A DNA stretch of 63,989 nucleotides, filler included, from Basidiobolus ranarum (lineage: Eukaryota): assembly GCA_040143965.1 (NCBI GenBank). It is 3 parts of 3 records of this genome, joined end to end, with 100 filler letters (N's around TTAATTAATTAA, not from the genome) between each part and the next. Parts side by side here need not be neighbours in the genome. Positions count along the whole stretch, not along the records: positions 22,156 to 44,008 come from JASJQH010007070.1; 2 more parts are not named here. One strand, given 5' to 3'. The notes under the pieces are model-generated. The model was not told the origin of the DNA. It ran no database searches and saw only the letters and a list, made by a program, of their open reading frames with translations. This document shows, piece by piece, positions 27,748 to 38,783 of this stretch (positions are counted from its first letter, which is position 1; each line of letters opens with the position of its first letter). Position numbers and translations under genes: made by a program.

Positions 27748-29394
27748 ATGAAATTCACCTGGGTTTACGCTTTATTTTTCATCTCCTCCGTGGTTGCTTT
27801 ACCAACCTACAAAAAGGAAGACTGTGATAAGTCGGTAGATGCGAATGGAGGCAAGGGATCGGGTGCTGATACTTATAATTCCAAGGATTCTGCTGGTAAT
27901 GGTTCTTCATATGACACCAGTGATCATTCGGGCGAAGATAGCGGACCGACTTACGACGACCAAGATTACTCTGGTGGTGGTAAGGGTAGTGTAGAATCTG
28001 ATCATGAATCAAGCAAAAACAACGAATATGAGAGTGAAAGTCATGATGACTATTCTGGGGGCAGCGATAACCATGATGAGACATACTCTGGTGATGGCAA
28101 TGGCAGTTCCTATGACACTAATGATTACGCAGGCGATCATGAAGTCGAGTCCTACGAATACTCAAATAGCCACGGCAGTGGTGGATCTTATGACCATGAA
28201 GGCAATAACTCATATGATGTTAGTAACCATCAAGAGGAGGATGATTATGAAGGCAGTGGTGGTGGAGAATATAGTGACAATGATGACAGTGATAGTGATA
28301 GCGACTCTGATAATGAAGATTACAAGGGAGATGATGTCGAACACCATGCTGGATCATACAATACCGAGAATTACCTCAATGATAGTGGTGATGTTGATTC
28401 CTACAACAACGGGGATTATGAAGGTGAGGGTAGTGGTGGGAACGAATCTTATAACACCGAAGATTACAAAGGCAATGATGGCGGTGAGGAGGATTCCTAC
28501 CACGATGAAGACCACGAAGGTGAGGGTGATGGCGGTGTGAGCTCTTACAATAGTGAAGAACATGCTGGTGGTGATAACTCTTATAACGACGAAGATTATG
28601 AAGGTGAGGGTAGTGGTGGTAACGAATCTTACGACACCGAAGATTACAAAGGCAATGGTAGCGGTGAGGAGGATTCTTATCATGATGATGACTACGAAGG
28701 TGAGAGTAATGACGGTGTGAGCTCTTACAATAGTGAAGAACATGCTGGTGGTGATAATTCTTACAACAACGAAGACTACGAAGGTGAAGATAGTGGTGAT
28801 GAAGGCTATCATAACGCCGAGGACTATGAAGGCGAGGGCAATGGTGGTGACTCATATCACACCGAAGATTATGAAGGAGAAGGTGGTGAATCGTATGATG
28901 TCGGAGATTATTCCGATGGTAACGGGGAGCATGAGGACCACGACGCCCAAGAATATTCTGGTGATAGTGATTATGATCATTCCTATGATGCTGAAGAAGA
29001 TTATGGAGGTGCCGGTAGTGGAGAGTACAGTGATGAGGGTAAGGATGAAGGGGATCACGACGAAAGTGATGATTGCGAACATGAGACCACTGGGTACAGT
29101 AGCCATGATAACACCAAGGACCATGATGCTGAAGGGCACGAGGATTGTGACCATAAGGATATGCACCATTCACATGAGAAGGAAAGTGACTTGGCAGACT
29201 CAGGCTATGAAGAGTCTTCTCATGAATATGGAAGCGGGCAAGTCGAGGCCTATCACGATAAAGAAACCCACGAAAGTGATTGTGAACACCAAGCTGAAGT
29301 TGCCTCCGAGACTGGGAAAAGTTCTGGATACGATACCTCCGACAAATCTGGGGAGTATAAGCCAACTTACAAGTTACGCAGAAGAATACTCTGA
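27748..29394 (+). CDS. Secreted low-complexity acidic Asp/Glu/Gly/Ser/Tyr/His-rich repeat protein
   Basis: Signal peptide MKFTWVYALFFISSVVALP; long intronless ORF of SY.xEDYEGEG repeats; His/Cys-containing C-terminal part with a basic tail; TATAAA at about 27554. Confidence 0.85.
   Translation: MKFTWVYALFFISSVVALPTYKKEDCDKSVDANGGKGSGADTYNSKDSAGNGSSYDTSDHSGEDSGPTYDDQDYSGGGKGSVESDHESSKNNEYESESHDDYSGGSDNHDETYSGDGNGSSYDTNDYAGDHEVESYEYSNSHGSGGSYDHEGNNSYDVSNHQEEDDYEGSGGGEYSDNDDSDSDSDSDNEDYKGDDVEHHAGSYNTENYLNDSGDVDSYNNGDYEGEGSGGNESYNTEDYKGNDGGEEDSYHDEDHEGEGDGGVSSYNSEEHAGGDNSYNDEDYEGEGSGGNESYDTEDYKGNGSGEEDSYHDDDYEGESNDGVSSYNSEEHAGGDNSYNNEDYEGEDSGDEGYHNAEDYEGEGNGGDSYHTEDYEGEGGESYDVGDYSDGNGEHEDHDAQEYSGDSDYDHSYDAEEDYGGAGSGEYSDEGKDEGDHDESDDCEHETTGYSSHDNTKDHDAEGHEDCDHKDMHHSHEKESDLADSGYEESSHEYGSGQVEAYHDKETHESDCEHQAEVASETGKSSGYDTSDKSGEYKPTYKLRRRIL
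28414..28790 (+). repeat. Intragenic 180-bp (60-aa) tandem duplication
   Basis: gattatgaaggtgagggtagtggtgg(g/t)aacgaatctta and gtgtgagctcttacaatagtgaagaacatgctggtggtgataa each recur 180 bp apart. Confidence 0.9.
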
Positions 29395-29636
29395 AATGAT
29401 CAATAATAATCTATCATAGATTTATAGTTGAATTGCATGCAATATATTCGAATAAAGTATTCTTTCTATTACATTATTTTGCACAGATCATATATTGCAC
29501 CTAATTTTTTATACTGGTTAGCTTAAATCTAATAACAGGATTTTACTCATTAGATTTCAATTTGGCATGTATCGATGAATTCTGGATATTTGGTCGTCAC
29601 TCATTTCAATCCTAATCTATACTTGAACGCTAATAC

Positions 29637-31246
29637 ATGTCCTTGTCAAGCAACACGAAAAGAAAATTAGAGGAAGCTTTATTAGCATTAGACGGTGCAT
29701 CTGCTACCTCTACTCCCCAAACAACACCCTCAAAACTGTTCAAGTTCACTACACCCAGGTACAGCATAGCTAAGATCTCTGTTCATTAGAGAAAAATGGC
29801 ATTGGAAGAGGACTTTACATAACAGTTGCAATTTTTTAGGACGCCCTTAAATAAAACTCCCATCGCTAAATGTACTTCTACATCTGGAGAGAATTCCCCT
29901 ATTCCTGATCCAGGCTCTTTGTCTCATTATCGACCTTGGCATAGACAAGATTTTCTGAAACGCTTGGAGACTTTTAAGATATCCTTTTTTTTACCTTTCT
30001 CACTCTGAAAGCTGGATCTTTTTTGTTTTAAATGTAATTTAATGCTCCCTTAACAAAATTGATACGTGTCGACTTGGTATTCCAAGCCCAAGGTACTTAA
30101 TCCCATTGAATGTTCTCGTTATGGCTGGACTAACTCCGCGACAGACAAGTTGGAGTGTAAAATGTGCAATGCTAGACTTCTGTGCTCCATAAGTGAGAGT
30201 TTGGATGCGGAAACAGGTATTTATACTTGTCAAAAACTACAATATGCGAAGGAGTTACTCACCATGGAATGTGGTATAATATAGTTGAGGATCTGGGCCA
30301 AAGATATCACGAACAATTAACTTTATCTCACAACAAATCATGTCCCTGGCGTGACCATCCCAGCGATTGTAAGCAAAAGAGTTTTTTATTTATCTCTCAA
30401 GCATAAGTGCTAACAATACTATTTAGACTCAGTATACAAGTTTCCGGTTTCCACTTCATCGAATTTGATAAATGGGTTTCATGAGCGAATCCAAGCTTTG
30501 AAGTTGATTGGCAAAGAGATCCCAGTTGTTATGAGTGATTTGGTAGAGTTTGTAGTTGGAAGAGCATAGCATTCATTCCCTCGTTAACATGGTTTATTTA
30601 GCCTGAAGATCAAATCGAATTTATTATTCATTCAGCACGAGTAGATCTTGAAGAAGCTTCACCATCTATGACTAAAAGTTTGGTTTGTCTATCGCTCTTT
30701 GGGTGGACTAATACCAAAATTGCCAATCGACATGGTTTAAAATGTGAGTTATGTCACCGTAAAATAGGATTGTGGATGTTTCAAAATTACACTTTAGAGG
30801 ACAAGAATCCCCCGTCTACTCCACCAGTGCTTGTGGCAAGTAAGGTTGAGGCAGACGCAGTTCATCCTGAAAGCCTGGACGACTCCAATTCAGCAAAAGA
30901 GGAACAGTTGGAAGCCTTTGACTTGGTTAATGAACATCGATGGTATTGTTCTTGGATCAATGGCAATATTAACGATTCAAGTATTGAGGAGGTCTCCGAG
31001 GAAGAGAAATCACTTGACAAGCCAGGGTGGAAACAAATCTTAGAAGCACTTGAGAAGCCCCAAGGAAGAGCAACAAACGCTGATTCTTCTTCTACTCTTG
31101 CTGATGCTAGTGGGTCGAGTAGTTCAACTCCTGAAAAAGTAAGTTATACCTTGGCTATGCATTCGTCATATTTCACTTGCTAAATGATTTCTTTTTAGCC
31201 CAAGGATGTTGTATCCTATATTCGTAGTATGTTGGGTGGGTCTTAA
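29637..31246 (+). CDS. Rsm1/Pml39/NIPA (ZC3HC1)-family C3HC zinc-finger protein, contains an AT-AC U12 intron
   Basis: YRPWHRQDFLKRLETFK|VSTWYSKPKVLNPIECSRYGWTNSATDKLECKMC, HNKSCPWR, LSLFGW..LKCELCHRKIGLW, FDLVNEHRWYCSWI. Confidence 0.88.
29979..30065 (+). other. U12-type (minor spliceosome) AT-AC intron
   Basis: 5' ATATCCTTT, branch point TCCCTTAAC about 12 nt before the terminal AC. Removal joins the conserved RLETFK and VSTW in frame; retention introduces a TGA. Confidence 0.9.
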
Positions 31247-31669
31247 CTTATATTATCCAATTAGTTATCTCAAGTGATTCAGAAAGCCATTGACAAATAG
31301 AGTAAATAGAACGTATGATTTCTCTGTAAAAAATAAAAGCCCCCTTTTCTTTGGGCCCCTAAATTGCTAATAATTAGGACATGTATGATATTAGGGTAGT
31401 ATGGGATGTTTGGATCTCTTTTGTGGTTATAAGTTATTTAATTGGATATGTATATCAACGAACAAGGACAACGTAATATTTGGGATTTACTGTGGCTTAT
31501 TGGTAGAAAATCATCAAAACCATTCCGGAAAGAGTGGGCATATAGGGAAAGAATCCGAGTAAATAGGTGACTGCGCAGAGGTCTAGAAATACCACGCCAG
31601 GTTTGTGGTTTCTTCGATCTTTCCCCCTATTTACTACTACTGCTATAGTGTGAGCTCGCTAGTAAAGAA

Positions 31670-34600
31670 ATGTGAGTATTCTTTAAGTATGAATTATTCA
31701 AACATAAACCAACTCAAATAACTGACTTGATATTTATCAAGGCTTGTTGCATCAAAGTCCATTTCGACTGCTGCTCTGTACACACCGCGGCCACGATTCT
31801 GGCACGCTTATGTATGGCCATTTTTGCCAGTCTATCCTGCTTGGTTATATATTTATTTATTTAGATATGAAGAATATCTTGGATCTCAAGAATATACTTT
31901 TGTTTCAGTCATCGCGTTGCTTTCCGTTCACGCGCTTACTTTCTTAATTTGCCAATGGAGCATCAACATTTACGCCCTGCTAACTTGCCAAAAGGTTCAT
32001 AGTCTTAATCATATGCAATTATCTAAATCTGAACACTCGTTTATTTACATAATGCTTAACTACTAGGAATACGATCCTTTCCAGGCTAAACTCATCAAAA
32101 TCACCCCTATCAAGTCTCGTGGCTCTAGCGCGCTATGCGATCTTATTACAAGTGAGGTAACTGAACAAGTGATATTCTTCACTTTTATGAACGTTTTTAC
32201 TCATTTTTTCTTCTCATATCCAAAGGATAAACAATTATCATTTTTCTTTCAAAAGAAGAAGTACATTTTCTCTAAAGAGAGACAGTGTTTTGAGAGACTT
32301 CAATACCCATGTGAAAATCAACCTCCACTAGGAGTTTTTCAAAGCTCAAAAGGCTTAGAAAGCGAAGAAATGGTCAATGCTGGTTTGATCAAATACGGGC
32401 ACAATCGATTTGATATTCCTTTACCTACTTTTCAGGAATTATTTGCTGAACACCTCGTTGCACCATTCTTTGTATTCCAATTGTTCTGCGTGGCACTTTG
32501 GTGTTTGGATGATTACTGGTACTATTCGTTGTTTACCTTGGTGATGTTGCTTGTTTTTGAATCTACTGTAGTGTTTCAACGTTTGAAAACTCTTAAAGAA
32601 TTTCGCTCTTTATCCATGCAACCTTTCAAAATTCATGCTCGCCGTAATGGGAGATGGATTGAAGTACAATCTGACGAGTTGATCCCCGGAGATCTCTGTT
32701 CTATTGTAAGATCAACCGAAGAGACTGCAGTTCCTTGTGACATGATTTTAGTGGATGGCTCATGCATTGTGAATGAAGCTATGCTTTCCGGTGAATCCAC
32801 TCCCTTGTTGAAAGAATCGATCTCTCTTCGTAATCCTGAAGATGTACTGGATATGGAGCTCACCGACAAGAACCATATGCTATTTGGTGGCACAAAGATA
32901 CTACAGGTAACTCCTCCCTCCAACCTGGAGCTTAGTGCCCCAGATAACGGTTGTGTGGCCTACGTTTTGCGTACTGGATTCGGCTCTGCACAAGGAAAAC
33001 TTGTTCGTACTATGATCTTTAGTACTGAGAGAGTTTCAGCCAATAATATGGAAGCATTTATGTTCATTCTTTTCTTATTGATTTTCGCCATCGCTGCCTC
33101 TGCCTACGTATGGATTGAAGGTACCAAGAATGAGCTAAGAAAGAGATCCAAGCTAGTTTTGGATTGTATTTTGATTATTACCTCAGTCGTACCACCGGAA
33201 CTACCTATGGAGCTGTCTTTAGCTGTCAATTCGTCTCTGGTTGCCTTGTCCAGGTATGCTATTTTTTGCACAGAGCCATTCCGTATACCCTTCGCTGGTA
33301 AGGTTGATGTCTGCTGCTTTGACAAAACTGGCACCCTGACTGGCGAGAATCTAGTGGTTGAAGGAATTGCTGGCCTCGGAAAGGAACCCAAGAATCTATT
33401 AAACCCTAAAGCCGTTCCTGTTGACTCTATTTTGACTTTAGCTTGTGCTCATGCACTAGTTCTATTGGAGGACGGTATAGTCGGAGACCCAATGGAAAAG
33501 GTTTCGTTGGATGCTATTGGGTGGGGTTTGGAACATGGAGATCGAGTTATTCCTATAGGGCAGAAAGGCACTTCTTTACATATCCTTAGACGATTCCAAT
33601 TCTCTTCAGCTTTAAAGCGTATGTCCACTATCTCTAAAGCCTCATCACCTGGAGGCAACAGCCGACAGTATTTCGTTGCTGTTAAAGGTGCTCCAGAAAT
33701 TTTACAGAAGATGTACAAGCGCGTCCCTCAAGATTACGAAGATATTTACAAATATTATAGTCGTCGTGGTAGTCGTGTTTTGGCGTTAGGTTGCAAGCGA
33801 CTAACTACACACCAACTCAAAGAAGATCAAATCGCTCATGTTGAAAGAGATTTTATCGAATCAGAACTCGAGTTTGCTGGCTTTCTTATCTTCCATTGCC
33901 CTCTGAAACCCGATTCTAAGAGAGCTGTTGCTATGTTAAATAATTCTTCCCATAGGGTCGTTATGATCACCGGTGATAACCCCCTTACAGCCTGTCATGT
34001 TGCAAGCGAATTAGATATCGTTGAGAAGGATGTGTTGATTTTAGATTCACCTGAATCTGGTATTCTTAAATGGCACTCAATTGATGATCAGGTAGAAATT
34101 ATGCTGGATGCAGAGAATCCCAAGTTTGACGTAGAGTTAGTAAAAAAATACGATATGTGTTTGACCGGTACAGCGCTACAATACCTTGAAGGGAAAGAAG
34201 AGATATCCAAGTTTCTCAGATACGTCTGGGTTTACGCTCGAGTCTCTCCTGGTCAAAAAGAACTCATTCTAAACGGGCTCAAGCAAGCAGGATACGTAAC
34301 TCTAATGTGTGGTGATGGAACAAATGATGTAGGTGCCTTAAAGCAAGCAGACATTGGTGTTGCTTTATTAGACGGTACTCCAGAAGACCTTGAGAAGATT
34401 GCTGCTAAAGCTCGTTTGGAACGCGCCAAACAAATTTACGAACAGCAAAAAAAGATGGCAGAGAAATTCAACATGCCCCCACCACCACCACCAGCAGCTT
34501 TAACTCAAGCAATTCAACATGCTACCAACACCATCGAGAACCCTACCAATAGACCTAGACCAGTTGCAGGTAGAAATCCTCAAGAGCAAGTTGCCAATCT

Positions 34601-35481
34601 ATCCGAGAAGCTTTTACAAGAATTGGATGACGAAGTACCTGTGTTGAAATTTGGTGACGCTTCCGTGGCCGCACCTTTCACCTCGAAGTTATCCTCCGTT
34701 ATGTCTATTTGCAACATCATTCGCCAAGGTCGCTGTACATTGGTAGCCACTATTCAAATGTACAAGATTCTCGCTTTAAATTGCCTTATTTCTGCCTACA
34801 GTTTGAGTGTAATGTACTTGGATGGAGTGAAATTCGGTGATTATCAAGCAACTATCTCTGGAGTTCTTATGTCCATCTGCTTTTTGTGCATTTCCCGCGC
34901 AAAACCACTGGAAGAGCTCTCTAAAGAGAGACCCCAAGCCAATATCTTCAACTTTTACATACTTTTATCGGTTCTGGGGCAATTCGCAGTTCATATCGTC
35001 TCCCTCGTTTATATTACGTATCTATCCAAGACATACGAAGAGTAAGTTAATCTTGATGTAGTTCACCCATTTGAATAGAAAGCTAACATTCGTATCGAAA
35101 TGAATTAGACAAAAGCCAGTCAACCTGGATGGTGATTTCGAACCCAATCTACTAAATAGCGGAGTGTATTTGATTTACATTTCCATGCAAGTCTCCACTT
35201 TTGCTATTAATTATCAAGGCTATCCATTCCGTGAGAGCTTGAAAGACAATAAGATGATGTACTATGGCTTGGTTACCGTTGGTGGAATTGCTGTTGTTGC
35301 AGCTACCGAATTTGTGGACGAATTGAACAGCTGGCTTCAATTGGTTCCGTTCCCAGTTCCTTTCAAGTTGAGAATGATTGTCACACTCTTCCTTGATTTC
35401 GGGTTATCTTATGTCATTGAGATAGTCACTAAGCATTTCTTTGCCAATAATTTACCCAAAGATATCGTGAAGAGAGACTAA
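31670..35481 (+). CDS. SPF1: P5A-type ATPase Spf1/ATP13A1
   Basis: APFFVFQ, LSGESTP, VVPPELPMELS, CFDKTGTLT, FQFSSALKRMS, VKGAPE, MITGDNPLTA, MCGDGTNDVGALK, QGRCTLV. Start codon is AT|G split by intron 31672-31741. Confidence 0.95.
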
Positions 35482-35971
35482 ACCAACCCTATTCTCCTAC
35501 ATAGATTTAGTGACCATCTTCGCTCCTCTATTTCTCCTTAAATGTTATTCACACTACTACAATATTATTCAATAAAACACAAAAAGGACACAACCCTAAC
35601 CCTAGCATGTCATTGTTCTACCATCAGCATCATCATCATAGGTACACTATTAAGGCATTAGCTCACAAATAATTGATAGTGAAATTAAGGGGTTTAGGAG
35701 CATATCTTAGGATTTACCTCTCTATGGGATTGCTGATTAAGAGGGGTTTAGTTAAAATCGATTGTTGATTGGTTCTTCGATTAAATTATCCCTTCCCCTT
35801 CTGCTCTATTGCTTACCATAGTTGGCTTGACAACCGCTTTCTACTTTTAGATAACGTTGGTTTAGTTGCTGATAATTCATTCCCTCATCTTGTTACCTTC
35901 AATAATACATTTCACTGTTTATCGTTTGACATTCCTCTATCCCTACCTTCTCGTAGCGTTTGAAACTACAC

Positions 35972-38076
35972 ATGGCCCCTCTCACCGGTTAGTTCAACCA
36001 CGTATATAATCCGGGTCTATTTGGGTGTGCTAATATTCGTTGGTTTATTTCTTAACTCTTTAAACTTTTCTCTACTGTTTGAAATAGTGGACAATCTCAC
36101 TAATGGCTCGTCCTCAGCTCCTAACGGACACAAAGTAAGTATAATCATCCAGTTGAATATGTCGAAACTATGTGCACTTTTCCCAAGCAGGAATTTTATC
36201 ACACTTATGTTGTACTTTAATAACCGTTGAAATCTAGTCGCCCGTTAAGAAAGGACTTCAAGGTTATGTTGGCTTTTCTAACCTTCCCAACCAAGTTCAC
36301 AGACGCTCAGTAAAAGAGGGTTTCTATTTCACTTGCATGGTCGTTGGTACTGGATTATTGTTTACATAGCATACATGATAGAAATATACTAAAATATCAT
36401 TTCAGGAGAGTCTGGTTTGGGAAAATCTACCCTAGTGAATACTCTTTTCAATACTACACTTTACCCACCAAAACAACAGTCCCCTTTACTAGAAGAATCC
36501 CCTAAAACTGTTGAAATTCAAGCCATCAGCGCAGGTAATAGAGAGTTCAAGATAACATCAGTTAATGCTCATCCCATTATTGAATCGATTTTCTTCAACA
36601 TCCAGATATCATTGAAAGTGATGTTAATCTGAGATTAACTGTAATTGATACTCCCGGGTTTGGTGATTACATCAATAACGAAGATAGGTATGTCAATGAA
36701 GTAGATTTCTCCTATTTCCCATTTACTGATCCGATTTTTCGCTGGATAGTTGGAGGCCTATCCTTGATAATATCGAGTCACGGTTTGATGCCTATTTGGA
36801 GCAAGAAAATCGAGTTAATCGTCACCGTATGGTAGATAATCGAGTTCATGCGTGTATCTACTTCATCGCTCCTACTGGGCATGCGTAAGTGATATAGATT
36901 TGAGTGACAAAAAACTGGCTGTTCAATTCTTTGCCTTTCACCAACAGACTCAAACCTCTCGATGTCGAATTCATGAAGCGTCTTCACACCAAAGTCAACC
37001 TAATCCCAGTGATTGCCAAATCGGATACTTTGACTGAAGAGGAGATTCAAGGGTTCAAACAAAGAGTAAATATTTCACGCAGCTATCAGAGGTATCAATC
37101 AGTAACTTACTATAAATTTAGATTCTCTCCGATATTCAACATCATGGAATTGATATTTTCAAACCTTCACCTTACGCTAATGATGATCCGGAAACCATTG
37201 CGCAGAACCAAGAAGTAGTGGTATGTTTATCCGGATACTTCTTCTTTCAACTTCAACACGGTATTAATACTTCTGAGCAATAGAATAAAATCCCCTTCGC
37301 TATTGTTGGTAGCGATAAAGAAGTAGAGGTCGACGGTAAGTTGGTTCGTGGACGTAAATATCCTTGGGGCGTCATAGAAGGTAATCATATATCTCCATTA
37401 CGAAATTCACCACGCATTGGATTAAAGCGAGTTCTTTTCATTAGTCGATAATGAGGAGCATTGTGATTTTATCAAACTTCGTCAGATGCTCATCAGGTAT
37501 GGTTCAATCTACATTATTCCTATTTTAAAATCTAACTCTGGTCTGTAATAGAACTCATATGGAAGAACTTAAGGAACACAGCAGTGCCCTGATTTATGAG
37601 AATTATCGTGCTTCAAAGCTTCAAGCATTGGGTATCGAACAAGACCCATCAGTCTTTAGAGAAGTCAAGTAAGCCACGTCTCATAGTTCTTTTAGCGTTA
37701 ATTCCAGATCGTACCTAATGGATCGTTCAAGTCCCCTAGCCAAGATGGAGGAGGAGCGTAAGATACATGAAAATAAGATGGCCAAGATGGAGGCTGAAAT
37801 GAAAATGGTGTTCCAACAAAAGGTTCAAGAAAAGGAGATCAAATTAAAGCAAACTGAGGATGAGGTAGATAGTACTTGAGGGAATTTCCCATGCATATTC
37901 GACACGGATTAACTTTGAATTTCATTTCGTAGCTCTACAACCGCCACAAGGAAATGAAAGAAGCTTTGGAAAAGCAACGCTATGAATTAGAACAGAAGAA
38001 GAAGAAACTTGAGGCCAGTGAACGACCTGGTACCCCAGAGAAGAGTAAAAAGAAGACATTTGGATTTAAAAATTAA
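35972..38076 (+). CDS. CDC3: Septin, Cdc3/AspB type, many exons
   Basis: [65 protein letters not shown], and the coiled coil [21 protein letters not shown]. Confidence 0.92.
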
Positions 38077-38429
38077 ACAATGGTGGTTTATGTTCACCTC
38101 GATATCGATGCTTCTATACACGAGTTTATATCTATTTAATTCCTTTTTATTTCCATCGAAATCTTTGTTGGGGCAAGTAAAGCTCTGCTCTAACTCTTTC
38201 ATTGCCAGATTCTCACTAATCCCTTGTTAACATGATTAACTGTGGAGAGATCGAATTCAATAGCACTTACAACCCCTACTTTTCTCCATTCGTCTCTATT
38301 TTTAACTACATAATCACTTTTTTAGCACCTACGGGTTTGTTACTCTGTTAAGAGGATAAATAAAGTTTATAAATGACTCAATGTTACTTGTCAAAGCTCA
38401 TCTTCTATCGCGTGTTACTCACTCTGCAG

Positions 38430-38509
38430 AAAACTATTTCAACTCAGCATTATCCTTATCTACTTATTAAAAACTATTTCAACTCAGCATGATCCTTATC
38501 TACTTATTA
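38430..38509. repeat. 40-bp direct tandem duplication between the septin and NRPS 3' ends
   Basis: aaaactatttcaactcagcat(t/g)atccttatctacttatta occurs twice with one mismatch. Confidence 0.9.
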
Positions 38510-38783
38510 TAGTTATCGAGTAATGGCTGCTAATTTGGATTTCAATGGACTGCTTAACATCTTTAGCTTACCAATGGCTATGAAGAATGTTTTTAGGCGA
38601 TTTTGTATTGAAATGGCAAATTAAAGGTTACCTGAGTCGTTTTTTGACTTGATTTAGACTTCGTCAAACGATCTCAAATGAATTTCAAGTATAATTCAGA
38701 TTAATATTTATTAGTTATTGAGAGTGTTTAATTTGGTTCACTTTGAATGCGGCTTTATATTTACAACATAATATCCATCTGTT

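Noticed and set aside
28414-28790. Possible CRISPR-like array
   Set aside because: Coding tandem repeat with no constant repeat/unique spacer structure.
27779-29419. Long alternative-frame and antisense ORFs over the acidic repeat gene
   Set aside because: Shadow ORFs from repetitive GAT/GAA/GGT codon usage.
33581-33590. ATATCCTT U12-like donor inside SPF1
   Set aside because: Lies within an uninterrupted conserved exon (HILRRFQFSS); no intron is needed.
35592-35604. AACCCTAACCCTA telomere-like repeat
   Set aside because: Only about two units, internal; likely chance.
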